Counted from the first letter of the stretch, positions 1 to 14,021 are shown. The stretch is DNA of 64,000 nt from Eledone cirrhosa (GCA_964016885.1 OZ024743.1:120466001-120530000), one strand, 5' to 3'. Program-made: numbers and translations. Notes: generated by a model not told the origin, from the sequence alone.

Positions 1-509
1 AGTTGAAGTAACAAAACATTTTCGGACTCTACATGCGTTTAACATTGCTATGAAGAGCTTTTAAGCTCAGATTACATGTTCTTAGTATCTCAAAGTAAAA
101 GATACATAGTAATATATTTACAAATAACATTGATTACATTTGCTAATGGTTGTGGTATTTTACCATGGAGACATTATGCTATAAAATACTGCATTTCTGG
201 ATATTAAAGAACATCCCTTTCTTTAATCTTCTTGTACTTGTAATATCAAGCTTGCAGAAATGGCCGTCACACTGTGGATTCCTCGGCTTTCTCCACATTC
301 CGGGAATTGCACGGGGAACACTAGACCTATCATGGTTACAAATAAGCATCAGAAGTACAGTCAGTATGTTATGTAGAATTTGGCATTTTTGAAAATTTAA
401 TTTGATATCGGCTTGGTTCCAACATACTATAACAGAATTTATTTGGTGAATTATTGCATTTTTACCTGAATGTTATATGACGTTTGGTATGTAAGTGAAA
501 GTGCTGCTT

Positions 510-700
510 ACTACAATGTAAGTTTCTAAAATATCAAAATCAAAATTATAAGTGCATCTCTATAAAGTTTAATGATAGCCAAAAAAAAAAAAAAAAAAAT
601 CTAATAATGTTTTTGGAATCTGCACCACCTCCAAATCTAGAGATATTCGGTGAAACAACAACGATACCAAACATTTTTGCAAAATTTGTTATTCAGTGTT
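510..700. mobile_element. Possible terminus of an old DNA transposon (CACTG-ended, Chapaev3-like)
   Basis: Ends in ...catttttgcaaaatttgttattcagtg-tta. The reverse complement starts CACTGAATAACAAATTTTGCAAAAA. No partner terminus or transposase seen. Confidence 0.25.
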
Positions 701-724
701 ATATATGCATGTACGTATGAATGG

Positions 725-916
725 TCCCGTAACTCCTGATAGAGTCGTAGGTGCGCCATATTGACATATGGCGTTTCTTGGGCATTTTAAGCCTGGCGGA
801 GCCCATACCTCTCCAGGCCTGAGTATAGCAGATTTCTTCCAAAGAGAGGAAGAATCGACCTCAGTACTAGACCGGTACTTTTTTTATCGACCTCGAAATG
901 ATGAAAGACAAAGTTT
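725..916 (-). mobile_element. Degenerate SINE 3' part, paralogous to 1975-2280
   Basis: Shares 'ttttaagcctgg(c/t)ggagc' and 'gatttc(t/c)tcca' with 1975-2280. Carries the SINE body 'ggtactttt..atcgacctcgaaatgatgaaagacaaagt'. Confidence 0.6.
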
Positions 917-1729
917 TCATATATATGCATAGCATTCTATTATTCAAAGTTGTAACATTCCCAATAATTGGAAACTTTTCAAATCACTATGAATTTTATA
1001 AATTTCTGTCTTACTGATATTTAAAAATCCTTAAGTGCAAATTTTTGACATTTTGAAAACATCCACGGACAATACCAGTGGGAATATGACACGACACCAA
1101 AGTGTGCGTTTATATATAGATAGATAGAAAGATAGATAGATAGGTTTGTATCCCCCCTCTCACTCTCTATCTATCTAGCGATGTATCTGTCTATTTGTTA
1201 ATCTGTCTGCCTGTTTCTCTATCTTTGAATTCAGTGGTACTGAGTATTTTTTAAGTAATGTTTAATTTTTGCTTCGACTGCATGCTGGTTGTTTAAACAG
1301 TCATGAGTATTCATGAAGTTAGACCGAAATTCGTTAAGGTTATATTATTACTAGGTCAGTATTTATCACGCCATTATTTCTAATATAACCTAGACCAATA
1401 TGTATTTACCGGCAGTTCACTATTATTACCATATTTCTGAATGGCTACTTACGGTAATTATGGTATACTTCGCTTACTTAAACTCATTTTAATACAATTT
1501 TGCCTTCTATTTGTATGCATAAACACAGCAATAGATAGCGCAAAACAGCTAGGCTGAAATACATTAACGATTTATTATTACTATCAGCTACATACTGCTA
1601 ATATTGTTTCAATAAAATACTATTGATCTATTACTTCATTAACGGCATATCTCCAAACGGCATATCGGAATTTTTATAGTTTTTTATTAGAAAAATATGG
1701 TGTATATAATATTCATAGAAATATATATC

Positions 1730-1770
<41 letters not shown>

Positions 1771-1974
1771 GGGGATATTTATATGTATAATTTACGGATT
1801 TTGTTGCTTAAAAACCTAAGAAGATTAACAGTGTTATTCTTAGATTTGGTATTTAAATATATTAAAAAAAAGTTAATGACTTTTCAGTAAACATTATAAG
1901 TATCTAACTATCACTTCATTTCTTTATTAAAGTTTCCACCATGATTATCTATAAATTCTATCCATGTACCCTAA

Positions 1975-2280
1975 ACTCATTGGGATATACGGCATGTCTT
2001 CGGTATTTTAAGCCTGGTGGAGCTCACCCGTCTCCATGTCTTAACACAGCTGATTTCCTCCAGAGAAATAGAATAAGAAAGAAAGAGAGAGTGAAAATAA
2101 AGCGATAGAATCAGCTTCTATTTGGCTGGTACTTTCTTTATTGGTCACAAGGGCTATGACTGGTAATTCATCGAGCTCGAAAGGATGAAAGGCAAAGTAG
2201 ATCTAGGGAGGATTTGAACTCAAAGCGCAGATAGTCCCAATGAATACCCCAACGTATTCTATCTCACATTTTAAGGACTT
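1975..2280 (-). mobile_element. Degenerate tRNA-derived SINE with variant tail
   Basis: Contains 'atcgagctcgaaaggatgaaaggcaaagtagatctagggaggatttgaactc' (antisense body plus B-box GAGTTCAAATCC). Confidence 0.65.
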
Positions 2281-3616
2281 GACCTTCTCAATAAATTACC
2301 TGTTCAGCTATTCCTAACTTATATGTTTCCCTTCTCATTAAGTTTAATGTTATATATGGATGACTAATGCTATATATGGATGACTAATGAAAAATAGTTT
2401 AGAAAGAAATGTTCAAGTTTGAATCCAGTTCCGCCATATTTATCATATTTAGAAATAAAAGCCAAACGTAAAGGTGTAATTATATAAAACAACAACATAT
2501 ATTTGTGTTTTAAAAATGAGTTTGCTGGTGAAAAAAAATTACAATCATATCTCATCTCCGATATTTTGGCATTTAATAAAATATTCAGTTACTCTCTTTT
2601 AATCTTTTATTTGTGACGTTCAACAAAGAAAAAACTCTCAAACTTAGCTCGTAATCTGTATATTACTTTTCACATAAAATATCCGGATTTTATTTCATGC
2701 AGAATTTAAAATTAATAAATTAAATTATTAAATTTATGTCTAAATTGATATATTTCAATTACAAATCCCAGTAAGAATTTTGAAGCCTAAAATAATAATA
2801 TTTTGGTGGCTTTCGATAATACTTTTCTTTGGAAGATTGAATGAAGCATTTCTTTTTCTTTAAAAATGGATTAGAATTTGATATTTTTATTAATGACGTT
2901 ATCTATTCACACCACGCACACATACCCACATGCACGCACTCATGCACACATACACACACGCACACGCATACAAAAACACACACGAAAACGATTAATTTTT
3001 TCTTAACATTGTCTAAAATGTGAAGCAAAGAAAGATTATCTATATAAAATAAAAATCGTTATTTCATTAAATTTGTTTACATAGAACGTGTTTATCCCTA
3101 ATAATCATGGAAACTGAAAATAGGTTCCTTTAGAACAATAATAAATATTGTTTTAATTATATATAGATTTTGTATGAAACAAAAGTCAACATCAATTTTT
3201 ACAATGCTATTCAATATATATACAGTTTATCCTAACCGTTTTTTATATAATTGTTCCATGTAATATCTACTAGATTTACACAACCACCATATCATCCGTT
3301 ACTAAATACCGACGAAGAGCACTTTTTAGATAAATGTATCGTATTTGCTGCCGGTACAGAATAAAAGACCCCATCCCCTTCACGTGCCTCATGTAAATAT
3401 AGTCTCCAAATATGAAAACTTCTCTGATCATTGTACCCCAAGAAGGGGACCAAGCCCGATGTTCTTGCTATTAATATCAAACAACACTCTCTCGAGTGAG
3501 TTTTTATTCCTATTAGACTCTTCAAACTTTCTCTCCATTTGATAATCTGTGTTCAATTAAAAAAAAAAAAAAGAGTAATCTCTCCTTCCTTGTCAACTAT
3601 CATTATACCTTTCTCA

Positions 3617-3830
3617 GAGGGTGGTGGATTGGCAGTATCGTTAGAGGGTCGGACGCCATGCTTTTCAGCAAAGAGTTACGGCCCTTTATGATCTGAGCTC
3701 AAATCCCTCCGAGGTTAACTTTGCCTTTCATCCTTATGAGGTCGATAAAATAACGTACCAGTCACGCACTGGGGTGGATTTAATCGACTCCCCCCCCCCA
3801 AATTACTGGCCTTGTGCCTATATAAGAAAC
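3617..3830 (+). mobile_element. Full-length tRNA-derived SINE with 16-bp TSD
   Basis: A-box-like tggcagtatcgttagag, B-box-like gagctcaaatcc, body gcctttcatccttatgaggtcgataaaa. TSD cattatacctttctca at 3601-3616 and 3831-3846. Confidence 0.9.
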
Positions 3831-3930
3831 CATTATACCTTTCTCAATTTCAGCATCTCAAAAATCAATAAAAACGTTTGTAAACAACCTTTTTATTTAG
3901 GAACCTGAACATTTTACACCACTCTGAGTC

Positions 3931-3975
3931 CTTTCTGACCAGTGCAGGTTTCGTAGAGTCAGATCCATCAGAGAT
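3931..3975 (-). ncRNA. Degenerate type I hammerhead-like motif (Penelope pLTR remnant)
   Basis: Minus strand reads tct-CTGATGG-atctgactctac-GAAA-CC tgcact GG-TC-aga. Stems I and III pair, stem II is decayed and A9 is mutated. Confidence 0.45.
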
Positions 3976-4179
3976 TGGCTTTGCTACATACAATAAATAT
4001 TCTTTCGCTTTTGAGAACTGTTTCATGTGTGGCTGTACTCGTTTCCTTCTGTCAATTTTGTTCTTTTGTTAATGCTGATCACACTGCCATATACAGTTGT
4101 TATTACCCTATGCAATTTCACGTACAAAAATAACTAATTCTCTTCGACAATACCAATATATTTATATATATATATATAT

Positions 4180-4403
4180 GTGAGAAAAACCAGATGTGAG
4201 AAAAACCACAGACCCTCCATCTCAACTCTACTTTTGAAAAGCAGAAGAACTGCGAAACCGGTAAAGGAACCAAATAAATATATATATTTTTTTAAAAATA
4301 AGACTCCAGTTGCATTTTCGATTTCATCTTTTTTTCTTTATACTTTCACTCGTGTAGGACACCTCGGTTATTTTTCATTTTGTAAAAAAAACCTCACTTT
4401 CTA
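4180..4403 (+). mobile_element. Penelope-like pLTR remnant between (TA)n tracts with degenerate hammerhead
   Basis: 4231-4266 reads ctt-TTGAAAA-GCAG aagaa CTGC-GAAA-CCGG-TA-aag. All three stems pair and the core has 2 substitutions. Followed by aataaa and a T-rich tail. Confidence 0.6.
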
Positions 4404-4610
4404 ATATATATATATATATATATTAGTTAGTTACACTATAGATATCGAAGAAACATGCTCTTTACACTTAAACAATACATGGCCGAAATTCTAAAATAGG
4501 TCCTCACTCACTCCAGTCAGTTTTCATGTGACCTAACATATTTAACATTGCGAAAACTCCATCCAAAAGACTAGGTGTCCGCATCATGCTCAGAAAATAC
4601 TTCAGCTCTA

Positions 4611-4801
4611 CAGACCTGTCAACTCTCCCCGTCCGACCGGGAGATCTCCCATCCACTTCGGGGTGAGTGAGAGATGTCTTTTCTTGTGAAAACCGGTATA
4701 GTTTTCATTAAAATCTCCCCATTTTGCCTCATTTCTCCCCGATTTGGGGCACTCTTTTTCATATTACTCCCCATTTGGTGTTTTAGAGGTTGCTCGATCT
4801 G
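4611..4801. mobile_element. Non-autonomous DNA transposon (MITE, hAT-like TIR CAGACCTG(T/C)CAAC), copy 1
   Basis: Starts cagacctgtcaac, ends gttgctcgatctg. Colinear with 13262-13435. Flanks gctcta / gctcca. Confidence 0.7.
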
Positions 4802-6924
4802 GCTCCATTAGACTGCCGAATGTCCATACAATGTAAATACAATCAACATTAAAACATCGCTCACCAGCTGGAACGTCACTCGATCATATCCACAAACATC
4901 TCACACTATATCCAAAATAAAGACGATCTGACAGACTCACGCTATAACCACTAGTTTTCAGTTTCTGTTCTGCATTGAAACAGGCTCTGCTCCTTCTGAA
5001 AAATAAGTTTATCAACCACATATGTTCAAGCCTACTCGTTGAACGGCAGCCTTGTGGAACTCACTCTACGAGCTATTTCTACCCATAAAAATCAATGTTT
5101 TTATCACACTGAGGAAAATATGAATATTCTTAAAACTCTACAAATTTTACTAGAATCAAAGCCACTTTCTGCGTTTTTATCTTTGTAATATTAATGATAT
5201 TACATAATCTACTTCTATTCAATGGCCTAATTTTACATAGTATAACACATTTTAATCACGATTTTGGTTTAATTCCAGTAACATCGAAATTATATGTGTA
5301 GCCTATAATTAAATCACTCAGTACTTATTATAATTGAAGTTTTTCAGAAATTTCACAGTAAAAGATATAGCATTTATGAACAAATGTAAAACTTTCACTG
5401 TAAAATTGTAGTCATCATTACTCATTAATAGCAATTAATTTTGACATAACATGAAATTTTAGAAGGAAGGGACAAGTTTAATTGAATCGCGACCAGTATA
5501 TTATTCGTAATTATAATGTATGGTGGTGTCTGTATCTTGTCTTTATCGAAATACTTATTAAAAAAAATTCTATCTATTAAGAAATAGCTATGAGGAGAAA
5601 TACATGACACACTTGTATGTGAACTTGCCTTCTCACAAGGCACTGATTACGGCGACTCTGAAAATATATCTATTATTACACACCTGTCTCTTAGTTCTTG
5701 TTAACAATAGACAGAACAAATTATGTTAAGAAGAAGACTAACAATCGATGTGAGAAAGGATTTATTTATATGCAACATTAGGCTGGTTGCTACTACAACT
5801 GCATATTGATAACTCAGTACATCATTGTGCTATTAGAATAAATACATTAAAATAATAAAAATCAAACAAACAAACAACAATTAAATTCCATTCACAGTTA
5901 GTTATCTCTTTCCCCACCTCATTCTGCTAGTTCGGATTAGTAGCTTCTGTAATTGATATCTTGGAGATCGAAGCGTAAATACGCCCACTAAATCATGTTT
6001 TCTCTCACTTCAAGATACTCTTGTATTTTTATGGGTACATCTTTTATTGAAGACTATTTTCTCTTTGTTTCTTTTAATATAAGCATCATTTTCATGGTCA
6101 ATGTAGCAGTGAATAGTACAATTATTTTGTAGTAGGAGTAATATTCTTCAACGTATTCTGCATAGCTTCTTCCTCAGCTTCACTAACTTAGTAGCGGTAG
6201 TAGAATAGCAATAATAATAAGATATGTAGTAGTGTCTTTTAGTGTAGCAGTAGCAGCAACAGCGACAACAACAATAGCAGTAACGGCATTAGCAGCAGTC
6301 ATAACAGTAACAACAATAATAACTGCATTAAGAATTGTAGGTGAACTTCAGCATACCACTCTTATAAAGCATTCTGGAGAAATCTCACAATCTGGAACTG
6401 TTAGATATATATGTTTGTAAATATAACATATAATATAGTATAATATTTCTTCTAAATTACCTACCCTATATTGTTTTCACCTTTAGCTGGTAGAAATTAT
6501 TTTAATAACATCATGTTTAAATGGCATCCGTTGATACTCTTTAAACGTGGACATGAAATAACTAATAACACTAAGAATAATTGCTTTGGCTTAGGTATAT
6601 AAATGGGTTTTATGTTTGGCCTCTGTATGTTGCATGAGATCATGGCTATACTCATGGGAAGGCTTGCTTTACTCTATGTTGGTAGAGATCGGTGAGGCAA
6701 GTCTGGAGTATCTTCACCAGGGCACAGATCTGGTCAAGATTGTATGGAAAACAAATAGTTGTCTATGCAGCAGGTTTCCCATCGTCACGTTACCAATGTT
6801 GTCCAAGAGAGAAGCAAGGACCGATACAATTTCACACCTGTGTGGTCACTAGAAATAAGATAATATTGGACTACTTTAGGGACTTCAGCGTCTGATATGT
6901 AAACGCTTATATCAACGCCGCTAT

Positions 6925-7088
6925 TTGTTTGATACCAGTATCTTTTTAACTGCCCCGGAAAAGTGAAAGGCGGGTTTTGAACCTTGGCAGGTTTTGAACC
7001 TTGGCGGGTTTTGAACACAGAAATTAACTGGAACAAATACCGCACGGAATTCGGTTCGACGTCCTATGATACTGCCATCAACCGCTCT
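6925..7088 (-). mobile_element. Degenerate tRNA-derived SINE with internal tandem duplication
   Basis: 'ggcgggttttgaac' unit repeated about 3 times. Antisense head 'gatactgccatcaaccgc'. Confidence 0.55.
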
Positions 7089-7379
7089 TTGTGTTTACAT
7101 CAGCAAACATATACATCATATGTAAATTTGAACGCAACAATTTTAGACGGAAAAGAAGAACAATTCACAAACAAGATTTGAATTAGCTTTGTCAGATTCA
7201 TTCCCCCTTAACAAATTAAATACAGCTATTTAATTATTCATCAGTCACTTAGTCCTAAAAGGACAAGCTATTATAGTAATGTCCAATATAATGAGGCGTC
7301 TGGCCATGGTTTAATAATTATAATGAGAAATGGCCCTATAAATATAATCAATAATTCATTAAGATTTTAATAATAATAT

Positions 7380-7595
7380 TGCTTTCTTATTCTGATACTA
7401 TGTCAGCAAATTTGAGGGAAGGGCAAAGTTGGTAAAATCAACCCCCAGTATTTGACGGGTACTTTATGTTATCTGCTCCGGATGAATGAAATGCAAAATT
7501 GATCTCGGCAGGATTTGAACGCAGAATGTCAAAAACCGGAACAACTACCGCAATGGCATTTTATTTAACACTCTACCAATTCTGTTAATCTACAA
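7380..7595 (-). mobile_element. Degenerate tRNA-derived SINE
   Basis: Contains 'ggtactttatgttatctgctccggatgaatgaaatgcaaaattgatctcggcaggatttgaac'. Confidence 0.65.
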
Positions 7596-8559
7596 CTCTT
7601 TATGAAAACAAGTAGCACAGCATCATCGGTAAAATCTGAATCGGTTTCATGTATGGGTGAATAATGTTTATACGTGTTTGGAGTAACTATATATTGTATT
7701 CACTAATAGTCAAAGTATATGATTGATGACAAAGATACAAAGGAAGGACACTAAAGTATCATATTGAAGAATTCGTGCAATTGCATCAATCGACTCTGTT
7801 TCACCTTTAGAGCAATCCACCCATACATTAAACCGATACAGATTTTGCAGATGACTTTTACTGCTTGCTTGTTCTTTACACGAGGGACAGGATCTTTTAA
7901 TCTGCATTATGACAGCACCAAAGTGCAAAGGGTTAAACCTAAATGATACAATTCCCACTCAAAAAAGAAAAAAGTTCATTCATCTCTGTCATAAAAAGAT
8001 CAACGTTACAAGTTAAAGTATGTATCTTTGAATACGTTCATTTATATGTCCCGCGACGTATAAATATAATATACTACCTTTTATGTTGAAGATTTCAAGA
8101 GTATTCTTTGATTTTATTTATTTCATATAAAGTCAAAGGATCGACTACATTTGGAATCATTGCGCACTCTCAGAGATAAAATATCCCACTTAGATAAATT
8201 AGAATTGTATTACCCAGGATCATATACGTCTAACCACTTTAGAGCTCTTATTTTTCAATATAGAAATTTATATTCATCCAGTAGAGCCATACTGAAAGTA
8301 TGTTTTTATTTGGTTTTCTAGGATAGACATTTTTCGTTCACATATAAATTCACTATGTCGTTCCTTTGTTAGTTCCTGGTCGATGTAAAAAGTGCTATGT
8401 ATTGCGTGGTTAAGCGAGAAAACTGTCTTTAGTTTAACAGCGGCTGGCAAGAGGATTAGGGACCGAAACATCTGGACATCCAGCAACATAAAATGAAGGA
8501 AATATACCATATTTTCTTTAGGTTGTATATTTGAAACCAATCCTTTTCATTTGTTTTGT

Positions 8560-9135
8560 TCACAGGCATAAAATCACCACCGACTACTCAGTGGTGGAAG
8601 GTTCTGTAGGAGTATGGGATCGATGGACAGCTTCTTGTTGCCCCGAATGCACTAGTATTTGTGTTCGGATAAATGATGCTAACTCAAAACTATTCAGCAT
8701 GAGTATCGGACTCCGCCAAGGGTGCGTAGTGTCACATCTGTTCATAATCTACAGGCGTAGCCGGGTTGGAAGTGGTGTCAAGATAGGTGGGTGTAGTATT
8801 GGTCTGCTGGAATTCACAGACGACATGGAATTACTTAACTAGTCAGAAGGTGATCTCTAAAATGCACATGATTGGTTTGATGCCGAGTGCCGTACGGTAG
8901 GAACGAAAATCATTGTTGCGAAGATTGAGACACACGTTATCCCAAGGAGATCTCCACAACGCGTTCTACGTGGGATTAGAGTTCCATTGAAGCAAGTGGA
9001 AAAGTTCAGGTATCTAGAGGCCGTGTTCACAAGTGATGGAATAAGTGCCAGGTCTGACAGGACTCGCTGGAAGGCGTGTTTCAGGATTCAGTCCTCATCC
9101 ACACCTGTTATCAAGACCGCGTCTGGGATTCTCCT
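8560..9135 (+). mobile_element. Internally deleted RTE-clade LINE fragment (RT C-terminal part plus 3' end)
   Basis: ORF pieces VRINDANSKLF..GLRQGCVVSHLF, LLEFTDDMELL, KQVEKFRYL. 9054-9090 resembles the 3' end at 10605-10640. Confidence 0.8.
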
Positions 9136-9139
9136 CTCT

Positions 9140-10688
9140 CTAGAGAGTGTCATAAACCCGATCACAACAGCATACTTTGGTGTATACGAGGTGAATCTGG
9201 GAACGGTGGCTAATCTCTCAAAAGGGCAGTTAAATAGCTCAAATGTGGCAAAGCCGCCAGGGAAGATGAAATCCGACTCGAAATGTTAAAAGCCTTAAAT
9301 AGAGAAGGTATTCTCTGGCTGACTCGTGTGTGCCGGGTGGGCTGGATCTCTGGAAAGGCACCTAAGCCATGGCAATCGGCAGTGATAATCCCAATTTTCA
9401 AAAAGGGAGACAAGAGATATTGTTATAATTACAGAGTGATATCCTTGTTAAGCCTCCCTGGTAAATTCTATGCTAAGTGTCTGGCAAAGAGATGCAGGGA
9501 GATTTCGAGTCCAAGCTAGCTGATGAACAGTGCGGATTTCACCCCGGACTCAGCTCAGCCAACCAAATATTCACACTGCGGCAGGTCTTCGAGAAATCGT
9601 GGGCCTATTGCCAAGAGATCTATTCTTGTTTTGTCGACCTTGAAATGGCATATGACTGCGTTGCTCGGGACCTGCTGAAGAAGGTTGTGCAGAAGTATAG
9701 GATCGATGGTTAGCTTTTTGTTGTCCTGATGTCTCTATACGAATGCCCGAGTATTTCTGTTCGGATAAATAGTGCTAAATCGAAACCATTCGATGTTGGT
9801 GTCGGACTCCGCCAAGGGCATGTACAGTCACCTCTCCGGAACAGGATTGACATGCATAGCTGGGTTGGAAGTGGTATCGTGACTGGTGGGTGTAAAATCA
9901 GTCGACTGGAATTTGCAGACGAAATGGTGTTACTTAACACGACAGATGATCTTCGACTTGCACTCAATAGGTTTGATGCTGAGAGTTGCATGACTGGCAT
10001 TGAAAATCAGTGCTGCTAAAACAGAGACACATATCCACTCATGGAGGCCGTGCAGTCCACGCTATATGTGAACAGAGTTCCATTGAAACCAGCAGAGAAG
10101 TTCAATTATCTCGGAGCCGTATTAACGAGTGAGTGGAAGACAGGAAGCTTGATTAAGTGCAGTAATGCGCCTGTTTCAGCATTCAGTAATCAGAAGGGAG
10201 GTAGGCGAAAAAGCCAAACTCGGTATCCTTAATTTGGTATTCGTACCAACCCTTATCTATGGTCATGAATCTTAGGTAATGCCCGAAAGAATACGATTGC
10301 GAATACCCCGAAATGAGGTTTCTCCGAAGTTTCTGTGGAGTAATGTTATACGATAGAGTACGTAGCTCGGAAATCATAGAGTCACTTCAGGTAAAGCCGC
10401 TACTTCTCCGAATTGAGAGATCACAGCTCCGATATTATGGGTATGTGGTTAGTATGTTTCAGGAAAGAATCGCTGGACAGATTTTACGGGCAAAACCAAC
10501 CGGCAGGAGATCCAGGGGTAGACTCCGAGCAAGATGGTTGGATAACATCCATGAGCTTGGCTGGTCTCATTTGCGATCCAGCCGAATTATTTGGACACGG
10601 TTGCTTCTGATAGAACCCACTGGAAGGAGTGTCTGAGGAGTCTGCTCCCACGGTCCACTCAGGAATAACTGGGCGAAGAAGAGGAAGA
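9140..10688 (+). mobile_element. 5'-truncated RTE-clade LINE (Expander/Rex3-like), frameshifted reverse transcriptase
   Basis: GKAA.EDEIRLEMLKAL; WQSAVIIPIFKKGD..NYRVISLLSLPGK; QCGF..FVDLEMAYD; GLRQG; LEFADE; MRFLR..DRVRSSEI..LRIERSQLRYYG..GRRSRGR..RWLD. Ends in a gaagaagaggaag tail. Confidence 0.92.
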
Positions 10689-10836
10689 TCTTCAGGAACA
10701 TTTCACAGTTGATTGGCTCAAAGTCCATATATACTCAGAATCTGCTTTAGTATCGAATATTAATGTTGGTACCACGTCCGGTAAACCACGAGATTATTGA
10801 ATAACTTAAACTATATACACCCACACGCGCATACAG

Positions 10837-10905
<69 letters not shown>

Positions 10906-10927
10906 GTTAGGATGGTGGAGTGTACGC

Positions 10928-11044
10928 ATTATAAGGATTTTCTGTCCTAAGTTTGAGCTCTTACCGTTTCGACAGCAAGTGACTTACTTATTTGCTCTCG
11001 AAATGGTAAGAGCTCAACCTTAGGGCAGTAAAATCCTTATAAAT
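10928..11044. mobile_element. Older palindromic element related to family A (hammerhead 3'-half fold-back)
   Basis: Inverted arms ttataaggatttt..gagctcttaccgtttcga / tcgaaatggtaagagctc..aaaatccttataa. Confidence 0.65.
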
Positions 11045-11145
11045 ATAGAATTTTGAAATAGAAAAGTGGCAGAGGCTTGGGAGTTTCAATTTGCCCGCTC
11101 CATATGCAGAGATACATACATACACAGGCATAGACAGACAAACAG

Positions 11146-11227
<82 letters not shown>

Positions 11228-11244
11228 ACACACACACATATATA

Positions 11245-11395
11245 GGGATTAAAATCAGTATTAAACTAGATAGACTATTAAATCAAGTGAGTACTGGATA
11301 CTTGGGATAGGAGAGTGTGACTATGTTAGAAAGGCTTGACGACGTAGCTCTTGCCGTTTCGAAATAGCAAGAGCTCAGCTGTTGGTCTCAGACTC

Positions 11396-11403
<8 letters not shown>
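11245..11403 (-). mobile_element. Diverged family A element with tail
   Basis: Tail 'gagtactggatacttgggataggagagtg' plus the fold-back 'agctcttgccgtttcgaaatagcaagagctcagctg'. Abuts (TA)n. Confidence 0.55.
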
Positions 11404-11456
<53 letters not shown>

Positions 11457-11701
11457 AATATGATAATAATGGAGCTGCGGCGCTGCAAATGGGTTACATA
11501 TGAAAAAGTTTGTCCTCATCAGTGGCCATCCAACCGTCGTAGGCATTTCGTCGCATTAAAGGCCATATACCTCAGGTTGGTGCGAGCAACGGCTAAAAAA
11601 AAGTCGTTGGGACACGTAAATAAAGGGGACGCTAGGGTAAACAAACAAAATGGTTTAAGCAGCAGAAAGTGATGAAGAAGAAAACAAGTCCCAGATTTCT
11701 A

Positions 11702-11752
<51 letters not shown>

Positions 11753-12005
11753 TCCGGAGTGTTGAAACCAAGGATACCACTAATCATGGGAGTAATTAAT
11801 GCATAGGGGGATACAGCGTGGCTATAGAGATAGGTAAGGATTTTACCTCTCTCTCTCTCTTTCATTCTCTCTCTCCCTCTTCTCTTTCTCTTTCTTTCTC
11901 TTTCTCTCTCTCTCTCTATATATATATGTCTATATGCATACATAAATATATGTATAAATAAATAAATAAATAAATACACACACACACGCACACACATATA
12001 TATAA

Positions 12006-12054
<49 letters not shown>

Positions 12055-13261
12055 CACACACACACAGTCACACACACATATACATATATATATATAATTT
12101 TATATATATACACACACACGCACATAGACACACACACGCACACATATACATATATAAAGCGATTCTTTCAGCTTTCTACGATCGGAGTTCAAATACATCC
12201 GAGATTAATGTTGGTTTCCAGGTTTTTTCCGGATCGGTTAAATAAATACCAGTCGAAGTCAATGACTGGTGTAACGTTTAGTGCACTGGACGAGATGCCT
12301 CACATTGCGTGATTGTTCACAAAATGATAAATTATATATATTCTGAAGAAACCAATGGTGGTCTTTTTCGATGAAAATGACTTAGTATAATTCGTAGATT
12401 TGGATAATTTAGTAGTGACTCGTGAGTCTTGATGTTTCGAATAAGGTTCTTCATTGGAGAGTGAACATTTGCTTAAAAATTTTGTAGCAGTGCTTTGAAT
12501 ATATATGTTTCAGGAAGGGAATACGAGAGAAGGGGTATTGATATTTGCCAGTGGCTAAAACGATGAAGTGAAGTGTGGGGAGAAGAATAGTGATAAGTTA
12601 AATACACTAAATTAAATTGTAGACGAGGAATGATGGTGGCTAAAAGATGAAACGGACATAGGAGTTTTTTGAGTATATAAACATATGCATAAATGTATGT
12701 ATCAACATAGACGAAGACTTTCATAAAAAAGAGAGAAAGGGTAATGCATAAATGCTGGGAGGAAATGTGTGTCAGTATGCACACAAGTATAATTACGGTA
12801 ACGTTGAGAATGTGCGTAGGATGAAAACATAGTGCGAAAAAGTGTAGCTGGGCAAAAAGTGTGTTAATGGGTGGTTAGCAGTACAAAGGGTAATAAAAAG
12901 ATGTATTTTCACGGAGGAGGAAAGATGATGTGTCAATGCATGAGTGGGAATTCGTCTCAATATGAGTATACAAATATCAATACAAACACTCACAAAAGTG
13001 CGGAGGTAGGAGGAACGAGAAATTATAAAACGGAGAATTGTTTATTTAAGCTTGAAAAAGCCATATGAAGCGAACAAATATATCGTTACTTCTTATATGA
13101 AAAAATTTGTAAATGATATACACAGAGTCTCCATTTATTGCGCGGAGGTCAGTAGATTGAACTGAAATGGTGAGACACGTGTTTGCAATGAGTATTGTGG
13201 TGAATATGACAGATATTTGCGGAAGCAGACCTCTAAAAAGCGTCCCATTTCATCTATATCT

Positions 13262-13435
13262 CAGACATGTCAACTCTCCCCGTCTGACGGGAAGATCTCC
13301 CACCTACTTTGGGGTGTGAAAATGGGTATAGCTTTCAATATGTAACATCTCCCCATTTTGTTTCATTTCTTCCCGTTTTGGGGCACTTTTTTTCATTGCC
13401 CTACCCGTCTGGGTTTTTAGATGTTGGCAGGTCTG
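13262..13435. mobile_element. Non-autonomous DNA transposon (MITE), copy 2
   Basis: TIRs cagacatgtcaac / gttggcaggtctg. Colinear with 4611-4801. Flanks atatct / acatct. Confidence 0.75.
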
Positions 13436-13945
13436 ACATCTAACGCATTACAAAGTTTGCATGCTATTAAATAAATGAGACTGGTAAAGTGCAGCTAAAA
13501 TGAAATGCATCGTAGTGCTGTGAATTTGGTGCGGTTATTGACACAAGACCATCTGAAACTCTAGCACTCTCATAAATTATCAAAGTTATTAAAATGTAAT
13601 TTTAAATACCATGAATGATATTCAGCATAGACGTACTGTCAATATATTTAAGGAATGAATAAGAGAAGCCTTTCAGTATATAAATTGCCAATTTATCTAA
13701 ACATGAAAAATATAAAGCTAATATATTTTTGAAATTATTACGCTTCATTCAAAGTTGTATATTTGAAAAAAAAAAACCAACAACATATTCCTACCATATA
13801 ATATATATATATATATATATATATAGACAAAATATATATATATATATTTCGTTTTTGAAAACGTGTGTTGAAACCGATATTGTTGTACTTTGGGAGGGTC
13901 ATGTTGCCTATAAGAAACACACGCAACATGACCCTCCCAAAGTAT

Positions 13946-14021
<76 letters not shown>

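Noticed and set aside
3292-3525. Minus ORF with Ig-like spacing LYLHEAREGDGVFYSVPAAN
   Set aside because: It lacks the conserved Gly and Cys of DxGxYxC, and I saw no convincing splice sites. Likely chance.
11495-11560. CTGATGAGGAC and GAAA on the minus strand as a type II hammerhead
   Set aside because: The stems do not pair in any topology I could build.
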